Counted from the stretch's first letter, positions 32,590-42,206 are shown. The stretch is 64,000 nt of DNA from a virus (IMGVR_UViG_2595698914_000001:103293-167292); one strand, 5' to 3'. A program made the numbers and translations. Notes: generated by a model from the sequence alone, not told the origin.

Positions 32590-32654
32590 TTACACTCTGA
32601 ACAAATTAGATGTTCTAACACTTAATAAAATAATTCAAGTAAGGAGCCAGTATC

Positions 32655-33335
32655 ATGGCAGAAAAAAAGAAATACCCGTTTAACTACCGTAGCTTCGCAT
32701 GGCGTATTGACGGTAACAATGTTCCTGGCTGTAGTCGTACACCTCAAAGCTGTTTCACACCAACCGATGCCGCAGCTAAGAATCCAGGTATTTACTTTAA
32801 TGGTTACTTTAACCATGAGTCTATGGATAAGCCATTCTCTCAATCGTTCTCTTTTGATGACTTCCGTTATTTCCTAAATGTATTAAAAGCTGTAGCGTAC
32901 GCACCGGGCGATGGTAAAATAGTTAAGCAGTTAGCATGTAAGTTCTTTAAAGATGGTGAGTTCAAACATGGTGGTGTTGTATTAGGTATTGTTCGCGATG
33001 AAAAAGGTCTTATCTACTTTGCATTTAAGAACAAACGCATTCCTACTATTCCGTTCCCAATGCTACCTAAAGGTTCATTAGAACATCAAAACAAAGATGG
33101 TGAACTTGAAGATGTACGTGAAGTATCTAAAACACAGTGTATTTCTTGGGTTGAACGTAATATGGCCATGTTAGATTGGGCTATTGATAACTGTATTGAA
33201 GTAGATGCTCCAAGTGCAGGTGGTAGTTCTTCTGCTCCTAGTTACGGTGGTGGTTCGTCTAGCTACAACAGTACGTCAAGTAATGATGCTCCAGCTAGTA
33301 CTGCTGTTGACTTCGACTCAGATATCCCTTTTTAG
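32655..33335 (+). CDS. ssb: Single-stranded DNA-binding protein
   Basis: G/S-rich linker and acidic C-terminal tail DFDSDIPF. Confidence 0.7.
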   Translation: MAEKKKYPFNYRSFAWRIDGNNVPGCSRTPQSCFTPTDAAAKNPGIYFNGYFNHESMDKPFSQSFSFDDFRYFLNVLKAVAYAPGDGKIVKQLACKFFKDGEFKHGGVVLGIVRDEKGLIYFAFKNKRIPTIPFPMLPKGSLEHQNKDGELEDVREVSKTQCISWVERNMAMLDWAIDNCIEVDAPSAGGSSSAPSYGGGSSSYNSTSSNDAPASTAVDFDSDIPF

Positions 33336-33432
33336 ATGATTAGTGTTCTTTCTGACTAAAACGATACGTAGTGTGGTGGGAGACTACCACACTATAACCC
33401 CTATTAAATACGTAATATAATTGGAGAAGTTA

Positions 33433-34059
33433 ATGGGTGTACAATACGGGAATATTCCGCCAGAGTTTATAGTTGAAAAAGAAATAGACGTTACGGATAT
33501 AGAGATGTGTTTTATACAATACATGCTTCTTGGTAATTTAGGAACCGCACCTTACAATATACCTAGACATCTATTATGGTGTGGTGAATTAGTAGCGGAA
33601 GCTTGTTATCGTGAATTTGAGTTCTATGATAATGAATGGGAGTATGTTTATCTAACTGTTAGACATTTATACGGTGTAGGTAATCGTGGTGGATGGCATA
33701 GTGATGGTTTCTTAAGTCCAGATATAAATTATATCTGGTGCAATGACCATCCTACACAGTATAGTATAACTAAACCTTTTAATGTACCAGAGGAATGTGT
33801 TGATGCTCTAGGTATAATGACTAACGAAGCTAATTTGGGCGAAGTAAAGTCATGTAATGTAAATAGTCTATATCGTTTAGATGAAAGAGTAATCCATAGG
33901 GTAGACCCTACTTGGTATTCTAATCTTAGAACGTTTGTTAAGATAACATTCAGTAATGAACGTTACAACTTAAAGGGTAATAGTAGTAATCCATTATTAA
34001 CTACTAATTGGGAAACTTACCCTAGAGAACAGTCTAGAAATCATCCTTACGTCAAGTAA
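33433..34059 (+). CDS. 2OG-Fe(II) oxygenase-like protein
   Basis: WHSDG (HxD), distal IHR and RTFVK motifs; ATG at 33433 follows GGAG. Confidence 0.65.
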   Translation: MGVQYGNIPPEFIVEKEIDVTDIEMCFIQYMLLGNLGTAPYNIPRHLLWCGELVAEACYREFEFYDNEWEYVYLTVRHLYGVGNRGGWHSDGFLSPDINYIWCNDHPTQYSITKPFNVPEECVDALGIMTNEANLGEVKSCNVNSLYRLDERVIHRVDPTWYSNLRTFVKITFSNERYNLKGNSSNPLLTTNWETYPREQSRNHPYVK

Positions 34060-34517
34060 GCTTAATTGAAAAATTGGAGAATGTACCTAAATGAAATTGG
34101 CCAATGAAGTCTGTTCGAGACTAGGGACATTTATAAATAATGAGAATTCATCGTTGAGGGTTTGCTTAAAAAACTTTGAACCTATAAATATAGATAAACA
34201 CTTAGTAGTCACAGATGACACAGGTAAAGTATTAAATGTAACTAGGTTAGATGATAGGTTATGGTTAAATTTAAAATTGTACGGTGTTAAGTCAAAGAGC
34301 GTATCTGTACCTCTAAGTAATGTTATCTACTACGGACGACGTTGGCCTAAAGTACCCAGTTACCATATTAGACGTATACGTACTAAGTTTAACGTAACTA
34401 ATGATGGTATAGACTTAACAGATATTAATAGTATAACACATGTAAGTAGATTTAAAGCCTGGTCGGTAAGTATGGATAAGTTATACGTTAAGTAAACTTA
34501 ATTGAAAAATTGGAGAA
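34048..34517 (+). repeat. 34-bp direct repeat (34048-34081 and 34484-34517) flanking ORF 34091-34495
   Basis: TACGTYAAGTAARCTTAATTGAAAAATTGGAGAA, 32 of 34 positions identical. Confidence 0.85.
34091..34495 (+). CDS. Basic hypothetical protein
   Basis: 134 aa with GGAG RBS, between the direct repeats. Confidence 0.6.
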   Translation: MKLANEVCSRLGTFINNENSSLRVCLKNFEPINIDKHLVVTDDTGKVLNVTRLDDRLWLNLKLYGVKSKSVSVPLSNVIYYGRRWPKVPSYHIRRIRTKFNVTNDGIDLTDINSITHVSRFKAWSVSMDKLYVK

Positions 34518-34524
34518 GTGTAAT

Positions 34525-35127
34525 ATGTCGGTAATAATGATATCTAAAGATAAAATATACATACCTGATATAGTTAAACCATTAGGTATTATAGAGCGAC
34601 GTACTAAGTCTAAGCCTATAATTACTAAACATAAAGATACCTACGTTCAACGTTTAGGTTACAAGTATGATGTATTGTATAGTCTCGCGGTTGGGAGAGA
34701 TTCGGGTATTATACTGGGTTCAATTCTTAAAGAGTTAAGGGGTGACTTAATTAAGGGTTTGAGTGAAAAATTCAATAGACATAGTAAAGTAGGTGTGGAG
34801 ATACTACTTATATGTCGTGACCCAGAAAGTAATGACTGCTTTAACGATTATATAGTAAAACATAATCAGGGTTCTTATAGGCTTATAACTAAGAGTCCAG
34901 AAGAGGATATACGTTTCATTAACGCTACTAAAGATATGTCTATGTTGCATCAGTTAGTGCCTAAGTTGGAGCCTATTGAGTTATTTGGCTTTATTAATAA
35001 ATTTAATTTAATCTCTGACCCTATTCGTTCTGTTACGGAATTGTCTAAAGATGGTATCTCTATAACACTCATTCCCGAAGATATGTCTGGTATTAAGGCT
35101 AAACTACAAGAAGGAATTACCGTATGA
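34525..35127 (+). CDS. Hypothetical protein, possible inactive Ntn-hydrolase paralog
   Basis: ATG at 34525 after GGAG; similar length and beta-strand N-terminus to the next gene; ATGA-coupled to it. Confidence 0.45.
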   Translation: MSVIMISKDKIYIPDIVKPLGIIERRTKSKPIITKHKDTYVQRLGYKYDVLYSLAVGRDSGIILGSILKELRGDLIKGLSEKFNRHSKVGVEILLICRDPESNDCFNDYIVKHNQGSYRLITKSPEEDIRFINATKDMSMLHQLVPKLEPIELFGFINKFNLISDPIRSVTELSKDGISITLIPEDMSGIKAKLQEGITV

Positions 35128-35723
35128 CTACCGTTGTTGTTAATTCTAATGGTGATATATTTGCCGATGCAAAGATGTCTAGTGGTTCTGGTGAGAGTTC
35201 TTGTTATACTAAAAAGATAACTAGTTGTAACTTTGATATCGTTGTTAAAAGTAAACTATATAAGGTAACAGCCTTTGTCTTAGTTGGCTTAGCCTCTGAT
35301 ACAGTTATAGAGGGGTTAACTGAAGACGGTATTGATGTTTTAGAATTTCTTAATTCCAAGATGATTAATACCTTTGAAAATATACCGATGACTATTATCT
35401 GTAGAACCGAAGATAAAAGACATCCAATATTAACCATTAAACATACCTATCGCGGTGGGTTTGAATGTAAATCTATCCGACTTAAGAAGGGTGGCATTAT
35501 ATCATTCGGCTCCGGTAGTAGAGCTATAAACCTACTGGCTAAAATAGTACCACAGCGTTCTGAAATAGAATATATTAGTACTATGATACTTAGAAACTTA
35601 GATGTAGCTTCAGGTATAGGAGTTCATACTCTTAAGTTTGGCGAATCAGATATTACCTATATAGATGAAGATGGTCTAGATAGAAAGTTAGATTTGATGT
35701 CGTCTATAATAGACAGTTTATAA
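35124..35723 (+). CDS. Proteasome-beta/HslV-like threonine peptidase (Ntn hydrolase)
   Basis: N-terminal M-T-T, then ADAK, TKKI, FGSGS and DVASG in the order of T1, D17, K33, S129, D166/S169. Confidence 0.7.
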   Translation: MTTVVVNSNGDIFADAKMSSGSGESSCYTKKITSCNFDIVVKSKLYKVTAFVLVGLASDTVIEGLTEDGIDVLEFLNSKMINTFENIPMTIICRTEDKRHPILTIKHTYRGGFECKSIRLKKGGIISFGSGSRAINLLAKIVPQRSEIEYISTMILRNLDVASGIGVHTLKFGESDITYIDEDGLDRKLDLMSSIIDSL

Positions 35724-35735
35724 ATCAGATATTTA

Positions 35736-35761
35736 ATAGAGGAGACCTAGGTCTCCTCTAT
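35736..35761. terminator. 26-bp perfect palindrome, probable terminator
   Basis: ATAGAGGAGACCT-AGGTCTCCTCTAT. Confidence 0.7.
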
Positions 35762-35865
35762 ATATCTATATTTAGGTGGGTTTATTTTTTTACACCTATA
35801 TATCATTAAGATGTAATAGCTACTCTATTACTAAAAATAATCTAAACTTAACAAGGAATAATCCT

Positions 35866-36309
35866 ATGAACGTAGATGAAAAACAAAAGTTATTACTAAA
35901 TTTACTGAGAGCTAGTCTAACAAGTTATCAGGTTTTTGCAGTAGTTATAAATGACTTAAAAGACCACCTAGTTACTTTGCAGGTAAATAAGGTTAGAGAA
36001 ACATTAAGTAGTGCAATAGAGGAGGGTGAGAGTAATACTTTACCTATTGATGATGTAGATGCAATACTTCGTATTTATACACGTAATAGCTTAGACTTAA
36101 TTGAGCCTATAATTACTTACGTAGGTATGGATGAAGGTGAAGAATTAGTAGAGAGTTTAATAAAGTACTCAGGACACCTACATCATTCTATCATGCGAGC
36201 TAAGTTAGAACTTAAATATAAGACAGTTCCTCTAGTTGGTACTAAGGAGAATATACTTAATAGTCCTGTAAAAACATCTTCAGCAGTAGATATGACTAAA
36301 ATTAAATAA
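35866..36309 (+). CDS. Helical hypothetical protein
   Basis: Likely start is the ATG at 35866 after AAGGA; leucine-rich helical pattern. Confidence 0.6.
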   Translation: MNVDEKQKLLLNLLRASLTSYQVFAVVINDLKDHLVTLQVNKVRETLSSAIEEGESNTLPIDDVDAILRIYTRNSLDLIEPIITYVGMDEGEELVESLIKYSGHLHHSIMRAKLELKYKTVPLVGTKENILNSPVKTSSAVDMTKIK

Positions 36310-36321
36310 GGGGAATCCTAA

Positions 36322-37431
36322 ATGGAAACGTTAAATATAGACTGTAGTTCTACCTATTCGATAAATTACCTACCTAGCTATCCAGTAAGTGAAGATTGTC
36401 ATGTCTTTATTAATTTCAGTGAAGTTAACGATAGTATCCTAAGGGAGTTATCATTACTAAAGGTAAAAGATTTAACCTTTGTAAACGCTCCACCAGATAC
36501 CATAGAGTCACTTAGTATCTCATCTGAAGTTAGCCATAAAATCCTACCAGTTATAGACTCACTGTTCCCTAACTTAAAAGAACTATCCATTAATACAGCG
36601 GAGTTTTTATCTGAGGCCAAGGAATACAATATTACGTTACCTAACACTATTAGAATTGCTAAACTACATTATGTTAGCTTATCTAGTACTAAGTTACCAG
36701 AAGGTCTTCAATATTTATCTTACCATCCATTAGAGGAAGTATTAACTTTACCTAGAAGTTTAAAAGAACTAATGCTTTTACCATCGCCTATACGTAACAT
36801 TTCTATACGCAACAATTTAAATAAGTTATTAATACTGACATGTGATAACTTAGAAGTATTGGGTATAGTTAGGGATTTAGATATAGCGTCTTGTAGACTA
36901 ACTAGTTTAAAATTAAATTACCCTGAGGAAGTAAGAAAACTCTGCGTTACTCCCGATAACCTACATCTAGTGGATGACTGTACTGGTCTTGAGGAATTAA
37001 ATCTTATCAGTTGTCATATTAACTCTAAGGGTGGGTTAGACCTAAGTCATTTCGACAAATTAATATCTTTAAATGTGACTAAACATCTGATAGACGAAAT
37101 AACGTTCCCTGAGAGTCTACTGTACCTTAATGGTTCTAGTATAAACAGTACGATAGTTAAGTCTAAGTTTAATAAAGACTTACCTCTCTTAAGTTCTAAA
37201 GAAGGTATAGCAGATATAGAGTATAGTCCGGGTGGAGTAGAATTATGTATTAATTGTTCTAGTCAAGTAGATTACGTAGCTGTATTAGACCCAACGTTTA
37301 AAGCAACACTTAAGTTCACGAGTATGGATAAGTCTATACTTAAAAGTATAACATTATACGGTAATCCAGATATAAATAAACCTGATTACCTACCAAAGGG
37401 TGTTACGTTCAATAAACCTAACATCTGGTGA
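36322..37431 (+). CDS. Leucine-rich repeat protein 1
   Basis: Repeats FPNLKELSI, LPEGLQYL, LPRSLKEL, LEELNL, FPESLLYL. Confidence 0.8.
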   Translation: METLNIDCSSTYSINYLPSYPVSEDCHVFINFSEVNDSILRELSLLKVKDLTFVNAPPDTIESLSISSEVSHKILPVIDSLFPNLKELSINTAEFLSEAKEYNITLPNTIRIAKLHYVSLSSTKLPEGLQYLSYHPLEEVLTLPRSLKELMLLPSPIRNISIRNNLNKLLILTCDNLEVLGIVRDLDIASCRLTSLKLNYPEEVRKLCVTPDNLHLVDDCTGLEELNLISCHINSKGGLDLSHFDKLISLNVTKHLIDEITFPESLLYLNGSSINSTIVKSKFNKDLPLLSSKEGIADIEYSPGGVELCINCSSQVDYVAVLDPTFKATLKFTSMDKSILKSITLYGNPDINKPDYLPKGVTFNKPNIW

Positions 37432-37458
37432 GTTACAAATTAAAAAGGAAATAATCTC

Positions 37459-38274
37459 ATGAATAAACACATCATTAATCCTAATGTAAAAGATAGTACA
37501 ATGTATACCGGTAATAGAACTAAACGTCATACAGGCGACGAAGTAGAAATCACCTTTAAAGAAACAACCGATAGTATGCTACGTAAGCTTACTGTTCAGA
37601 ATGTAGGTGGTGTTAAGTTCGTTAATGTTCCAGACTCTATTGAAGTATTAGAATTATTAAATGTACCACGTACAGAATTAACTTGCGATATGTATGACAA
37701 CCTGTCTACTTACTTCCCTAACTTACGCAAGCTAGTTATTAATGACTCAGCTATTCCGGGTTTAAATAACTTACCTGAACGTTTGGTATACTTGAACCTA
37801 GCTAGAAACTACATACGTGAGTTACCTAAATTACCAGAAACTCTAGTTCAGTGTATTGTTAGTCGTAACTTTATTACACGTCTACCTAATAAGTTCCCAG
37901 AAGCTCTTGAACAGCTCTCTATTGGACGTAATCGTTTAGAGGTTGGCCAAGTTATTACTAATGACCTAGATATCTTACACTGCGATTACACAGACGCATT
38001 GGAGATACATGGAGACGTTAGACAATTGAATGTAGGCAAAGTTCTAACTAGCGAAATGCGTATCCTAGGGGATATAGATACGGTTAAGACGTTACCATTT
38101 AAATTGGAACGTATTAATTTACCGTTTAGTATTAAGTTATTAATAGTTCAAGAAGATGATAGAAAGATTAATAACATCGACCTACATCAACATTTACCTA
38201 ACTTATGGCGTATAAAAAATCATAGTAAGACTAAAGTTAATTATACTGGTGAGTATCTTAACGTTTGTTCTTAA
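37459..38274 (+). CDS. Leucine-rich repeat protein 2 (short LPX-type repeats)
   Basis: ~20-aa repeats LNNLPERLVYLNLARNY / IRELPKLPETLVQCIVSRNF / ITRLPNKFPEALEQLSIGRNR. Confidence 0.85.
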   Translation: MNKHIINPNVKDSTMYTGNRTKRHTGDEVEITFKETTDSMLRKLTVQNVGGVKFVNVPDSIEVLELLNVPRTELTCDMYDNLSTYFPNLRKLVINDSAIPGLNNLPERLVYLNLARNYIRELPKLPETLVQCIVSRNFITRLPNKFPEALEQLSIGRNRLEVGQVITNDLDILHCDYTDALEIHGDVRQLNVGKVLTSEMRILGDIDTVKTLPFKLERINLPFSIKLLIVQEDDRKINNIDLHQHLPNLWRIKNHSKTKVNYTGEYLNVCS

Positions 38275-38304
38275 ATTACACATGGATAAAAGGTTATAAA
38301 GGAA

Positions 38305-39060
38305 ATGAAGAAACAAATTATTGAGGCGGATAAGCTTACATTCATTAAATTGAACGTAGGTAGCCAACCAACGGTACTTGAGTTTACTGGCCTAGCTCAT
38401 AGTATACTAGAAGATATTTATATAGAAGGTAATGTTGATTCTGTAAATGCTTGGCCCAGCACAGTTAAGAAGTTAACTCTATTTAACTCAGGTTACTTAG
38501 ATACAGGTATTCTACCTAACGGTATAGAACGTCTATCTCTTGTAACAGAAACGTGTATTATAAATGAGTTCCCTCAATCACTTAAACATTTACTAATACT
38601 AGGATGTGAATCTTATCCTAATCTTAGTAAACTAACTGGTTTAGAGTATTTAACTATACGCGACCAAAGAGTATCTCTATTTGACCTACCTATAGGTAAT
38701 TTAGATTATCTGTCTTGTTCTCCTGAGGAAGAACGACCTGACTTTAGTATCTTTAAGAAGTTACGTGGTTTAAGTGTGTTAAATGCTCAGTGTACTATAT
38801 TAGACTTCAATAATCTTAATATTGATACTTTGGAAATCAGAAAGACTTCTGCTCAGGAAATAAGGAATATACCAAATACCGTTAAATGTTTTACATTAAG
38901 CGATTCTAAATTAAAGGAAAGGAATTATATTTTACCTGAGGAGCTACGTATACTAACACAGAAGAATACGAGTGACTTTGATAATAACGTATTACCGTTC
39001 CCTAAGTTACCAAGTACAGTTTTATATGTTAATGGTTCTAGTATGAGTTCTAGACGTTAG
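38305..39060 (+). CDS. Leucine-rich repeat protein 3
   Basis: WPSTVKKLTL, LPNGIERLSL, FPQSLKHLLI, LEYLTI, IPNTVK, LPEELRIL. Confidence 0.8.
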   Translation: MKKQIIEADKLTFIKLNVGSQPTVLEFTGLAHSILEDIYIEGNVDSVNAWPSTVKKLTLFNSGYLDTGILPNGIERLSLVTETCIINEFPQSLKHLLILGCESYPNLSKLTGLEYLTIRDQRVSLFDLPIGNLDYLSCSPEEERPDFSIFKKLRGLSVLNAQCTILDFNNLNIDTLEIRKTSAQEIRNIPNTVKCFTLSDSKLKERNYILPEELRILTQKNTSDFDNNVLPFPKLPSTVLYVNGSSMSSRR

Positions 39061-39078
39061 TACTTAAATATATACAAG

Positions 39079-39099
39079 CCTATATTATGTAGGTGAAGT
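39079..39099 (+). promoter_or_regulatory. Putative early promoter
   Basis: CCTATATTAT-gtag-GTGAAGT. Confidence 0.7.
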
Positions 39100-39134
39100 T
39101 AATTCGATTAAACTATAATAGGAGCAATCCGTAA

Positions 39135-40637
39135 ATGAAATTTATCCCAGCTATTCAAAGTGATGATTTATCAGGTATAAAAATAGAACATAAGAACGAA
39201 GTACTGAATTTTAACCTACGTAAGTCTAATGGTAAACGTGGGTGGTCAGACTTAGCCAATATCTTCAATCCAATAAACTCTTTATTCTCTGCTCTAGATG
39301 CAGAAGAACAAGACCAGATGTTTACTATATACACAAACATCTACGACTTAACGTTACATAAAGTAGGCGGTGATAACTTCGATTTATTAGTAGCTGACTT
39401 AGTAACGTATATTACTGGTATATTTGAGCTTATTCCTTTAAAGGGTATTATGGCTTGGGCAACTGGTAGTTATGATAAGTTCGCTGTACCTGAGACCATA
39501 GGTGAGCATACTGTACTAGGTAACTATCCTGCTAGTACGAGTTACAATCGCCATGAGTATCTTGAGCTATGTGGCTTATCTACCGCACTTAAACTAGTGT
39601 TACCTATTACCTACGAATTCATGAAAGAGTTCAAAGAAGTATTTGGTACACAGTTTAAAGAATACAACATGATGTTCTTATTCTCAGACTTACATCTAGA
39701 AGAAGTTCCACCTTTTGCTAAATTATTAGAACAGGCAAAAGATAAGTTAATGGTTCGTAATGAAATAGTTGTACCTATGGGTTTACTAATTCAGGGTATT
39801 GGTGCAGAACATTATCCTTTGTTTTCTATTAGTACTGAGGTTATTCGTACCTTATGTCTGAGTGAAACAGATGTAGCGTTTAGACGCGATGGTGTGCCTA
39901 ACAATATTACTGCTAAGTTAACTAAGGCAATCGATAAAAAGATTGAACTTAACAAAAGTAACTTTAGTTATTCTGATACAGAAGTTCCACGTGAACGTGC
40001 CGGTACTGATGCAGGTAACACTTCTAATCAAGAAGCTTCCAATACTATACAACGCTTTAGTGATTTGTATGGTAGATTCTTCCTTAAGGAATGGTCTCGC
40101 CCAGACTTTTATAAACGTTACAGTATTAGTCCTGAAACGTATGAGAAGTTTAGAGCACACGTTAAGTTACATCCACCTACACCTACCATAGAAAAGAAAG
40201 TACTTATTAGTTTATGTTTTCCTAAGTTTGCTAATATTGAATCTTTAACCCTTATTCCAAATAAGACATCTATGGATACGTTAACTAGTGCTGCTGCATT
40301 ATTACATGATATGCATCTACCACAATTAGTTAATTTCTTACTGGCTCGTAAAGACGAAGATACTAGTACAACCTCGTTAAATCAGTATGTAGCCAGCGAC
40401 AGTAAACCAAATAAAGACCTACTAACTAAGTTACGACCACTATATCCAACAAGTGATGGTGGTAATAATTACGGTGAAGAAGGTATTAAAGAACTGGTTG
40501 CTTCAATTTGTAAATCGCACTGGATTAAAATGTCTCCACCTAACCTACATGAATCATACGGTATGAATCAGGAATGGTGTGGTGATAGAGATTTAAAGAA
40601 TCATTTAATAATGTTAATAATTGCTAGAGGAGTTTAA
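39135..40637 (+). CDS. Probable nvRNAP promoter-specificity subunit (phiKZ gp68-like)
   Basis: 500 aa; first of three genes preceding nvRNAP beta; SYNRHEYLELCGLS motif; assigned mainly by synteny. Confidence 0.6.
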   Translation: MKFIPAIQSDDLSGIKIEHKNEVLNFNLRKSNGKRGWSDLANIFNPINSLFSALDAEEQDQMFTIYTNIYDLTLHKVGGDNFDLLVADLVTYITGIFELIPLKGIMAWATGSYDKFAVPETIGEHTVLGNYPASTSYNRHEYLELCGLSTALKLVLPITYEFMKEFKEVFGTQFKEYNMMFLFSDLHLEEVPPFAKLLEQAKDKLMVRNEIVVPMGLLIQGIGAEHYPLFSISTEVIRTLCLSETDVAFRRDGVPNNITAKLTKAIDKKIELNKSNFSYSDTEVPRERAGTDAGNTSNQEASNTIQRFSDLYGRFFLKEWSRPDFYKRYSISPETYEKFRAHVKLHPPTPTIEKKVLISLCFPKFANIESLTLIPNKTSMDTLTSAAALLHDMHLPQLVNFLLARKDEDTSTTSLNQYVASDSKPNKDLLTKLRPLYPTSDGGNNYGEEGIKELVASICKSHWIKMSPPNLHESYGMNQEWCGDRDLKNHLIMLIIARGV

Positions 40638-40638
40638 T

Positions 40639-42150
40639 ATGTTTGGTGAAAATAATTATTCGTCATTTACTGCTGAGAGAATGTTAATCGGTATCAGCGG
40701 TCAATATCACGATGTGGTTGCAAGACCTTTCACTATGCATACATCCGAGTCTTCATTAGACGAGCTTATGTTAAAGACCAATAACGGTTTAAATATAACA
40801 CAAGATAGTGTGCAGTTGGAAAACCAATCCATTATACAATTGATGGGTGAATCACAGGGTGTAATCGATATAGATGATACGTGGCAAGCAGGACGTAATG
40901 TATTTATCTTAATCTTAAGAAACATTAACGATAACTCTAAGTTCATTCTTAGTGGTTTCACTAGTTCAGACTTCTTAGAAGGTCAGAATGTCAATCAGTA
41001 CGCACAGTTGCGTTTCAACAGTATGATTGAGCTTAATGCTATTCAGAATATGGATGGTAGTATTAGTTATCAGATGTTTAATTCAGATAACATTCTAACT
41101 AGTAATCATCTTACTGGTTCTGTTGGCGGTAACATTACTCAACCACAACGTCCTACTGATGTTATTGATAACGCTATCTTACGTATGGAGACTATTGACC
41201 AAAGTAGTTCTAATATAGGTTCAGACGTACCAGTTATCTCTATGGGTTTAAACAATGGTCATCGTGCACCAGAACTAGGTAGAGCTACTAACGCATCAGG
41301 TAATGATTATCTGTACCGTACTGCTCGTGCCTTTAGCGATGCACAATTGACTGGAACCAATCAAGATGATTTAACCCATCACCTGCAAGGTATGTCATCT
41401 CATTCTGTATTAACAGAAGGTTCTTATAGTTCTACTCCGTTAATTAACAGTATACTTACTAATGCAGCTAGTCGTCGTACAGCAGCAGCTACCTTTGCAG
41501 AACTATGTGAAGCTTTACCTAACTTATCTCAGGTGACAGAGATTCTTAATGGTGATGGTGGCGCAACTATGGAAGGTATGGAACACTGGAAGGGTCGTGG
41601 TGTAACTACGCTATGTGCTGAGTTTGCGGCGGCTATACCAGCGGTAATGATGAAGTTAGGTATCAGTACTGTTGGCTTTACTATGACTACTGGTAGTTCT
41701 ACTTTAAGTATGGATGGGTTTAATAATACATTCGCCTTTAAACACGGTAGTATGGGTATCGAACTTAGTTTCTTAACTCCTGAGATTCCTCAGATGGAAG
41801 CACAAGCAGCGTTCACTGCATACTTACGTAATGTGGTATTCCCATCTATTACTAAACATCATAATGTAGTTCTAGATGTGCAGTGTAGTATCTCTAAAGA
41901 CATGATTATCTCTATGTCTGTGGATGGTTCTAATCCAAGAACATGGGCTGGTCCTACTTTCTGTAGTTCACTATGGAATCCTACTGGTGCAACTACTGTA
42001 GATAGTAATACTGCAATGGCTAATGGTATGATGAGTTTAACTAATCATATTTCTAATAGTCAAAATGGTATGGCTAGTAATGGTACTGGTATGAGTTCGG
42101 GTATGGGTATGGCAGAAGCTATTGGTTCTGGTATAGAAGACTTATTTTAA
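40639..42150 (+). CDS. Probable phage nucleus import protein PicA/Imp1 (phiKZ gp69-like)
   Basis: Synteny after the gp68-like gene; RPF, W..GR..F, SGFT, FNS and RPTDV motifs; ATG at 40639 after GAGGAG. Confidence 0.6.
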   Translation: MFGENNYSSFTAERMLIGISGQYHDVVARPFTMHTSESSLDELMLKTNNGLNITQDSVQLENQSIIQLMGESQGVIDIDDTWQAGRNVFILILRNINDNSKFILSGFTSSDFLEGQNVNQYAQLRFNSMIELNAIQNMDGSISYQMFNSDNILTSNHLTGSVGGNITQPQRPTDVIDNAILRMETIDQSSSNIGSDVPVISMGLNNGHRAPELGRATNASGNDYLYRTARAFSDAQLTGTNQDDLTHHLQGMSSHSVLTEGSYSSTPLINSILTNAASRRTAAATFAELCEALPNLSQVTEILNGDGGATMEGMEHWKGRGVTTLCAEFAAAIPAVMMKLGISTVGFTMTTGSSTLSMDGFNNTFAFKHGSMGIELSFLTPEIPQMEAQAAFTAYLRNVVFPSITKHHNVVLDVQCSISKDMIISMSVDGSNPRTWAGPTFCSSLWNPTGATTVDSNTAMANGMMSLTNHISNSQNGMASNGTGMSSGMGMAEAIGSGIEDLF

Positions 42151-42206
42151 TAACAACTTAACAGGGAGCCTTGTAGCTCCCATCTAATTAAAAATGGAGA
42201 TTCCAA

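Noticed and set aside
36322-39060. E3 ubiquitin ligase (IpaH/NEL) call for the LRR proteins
   Set aside because: The proteins end without a NEL domain or its catalytic CxD motif; only the repeats are similar
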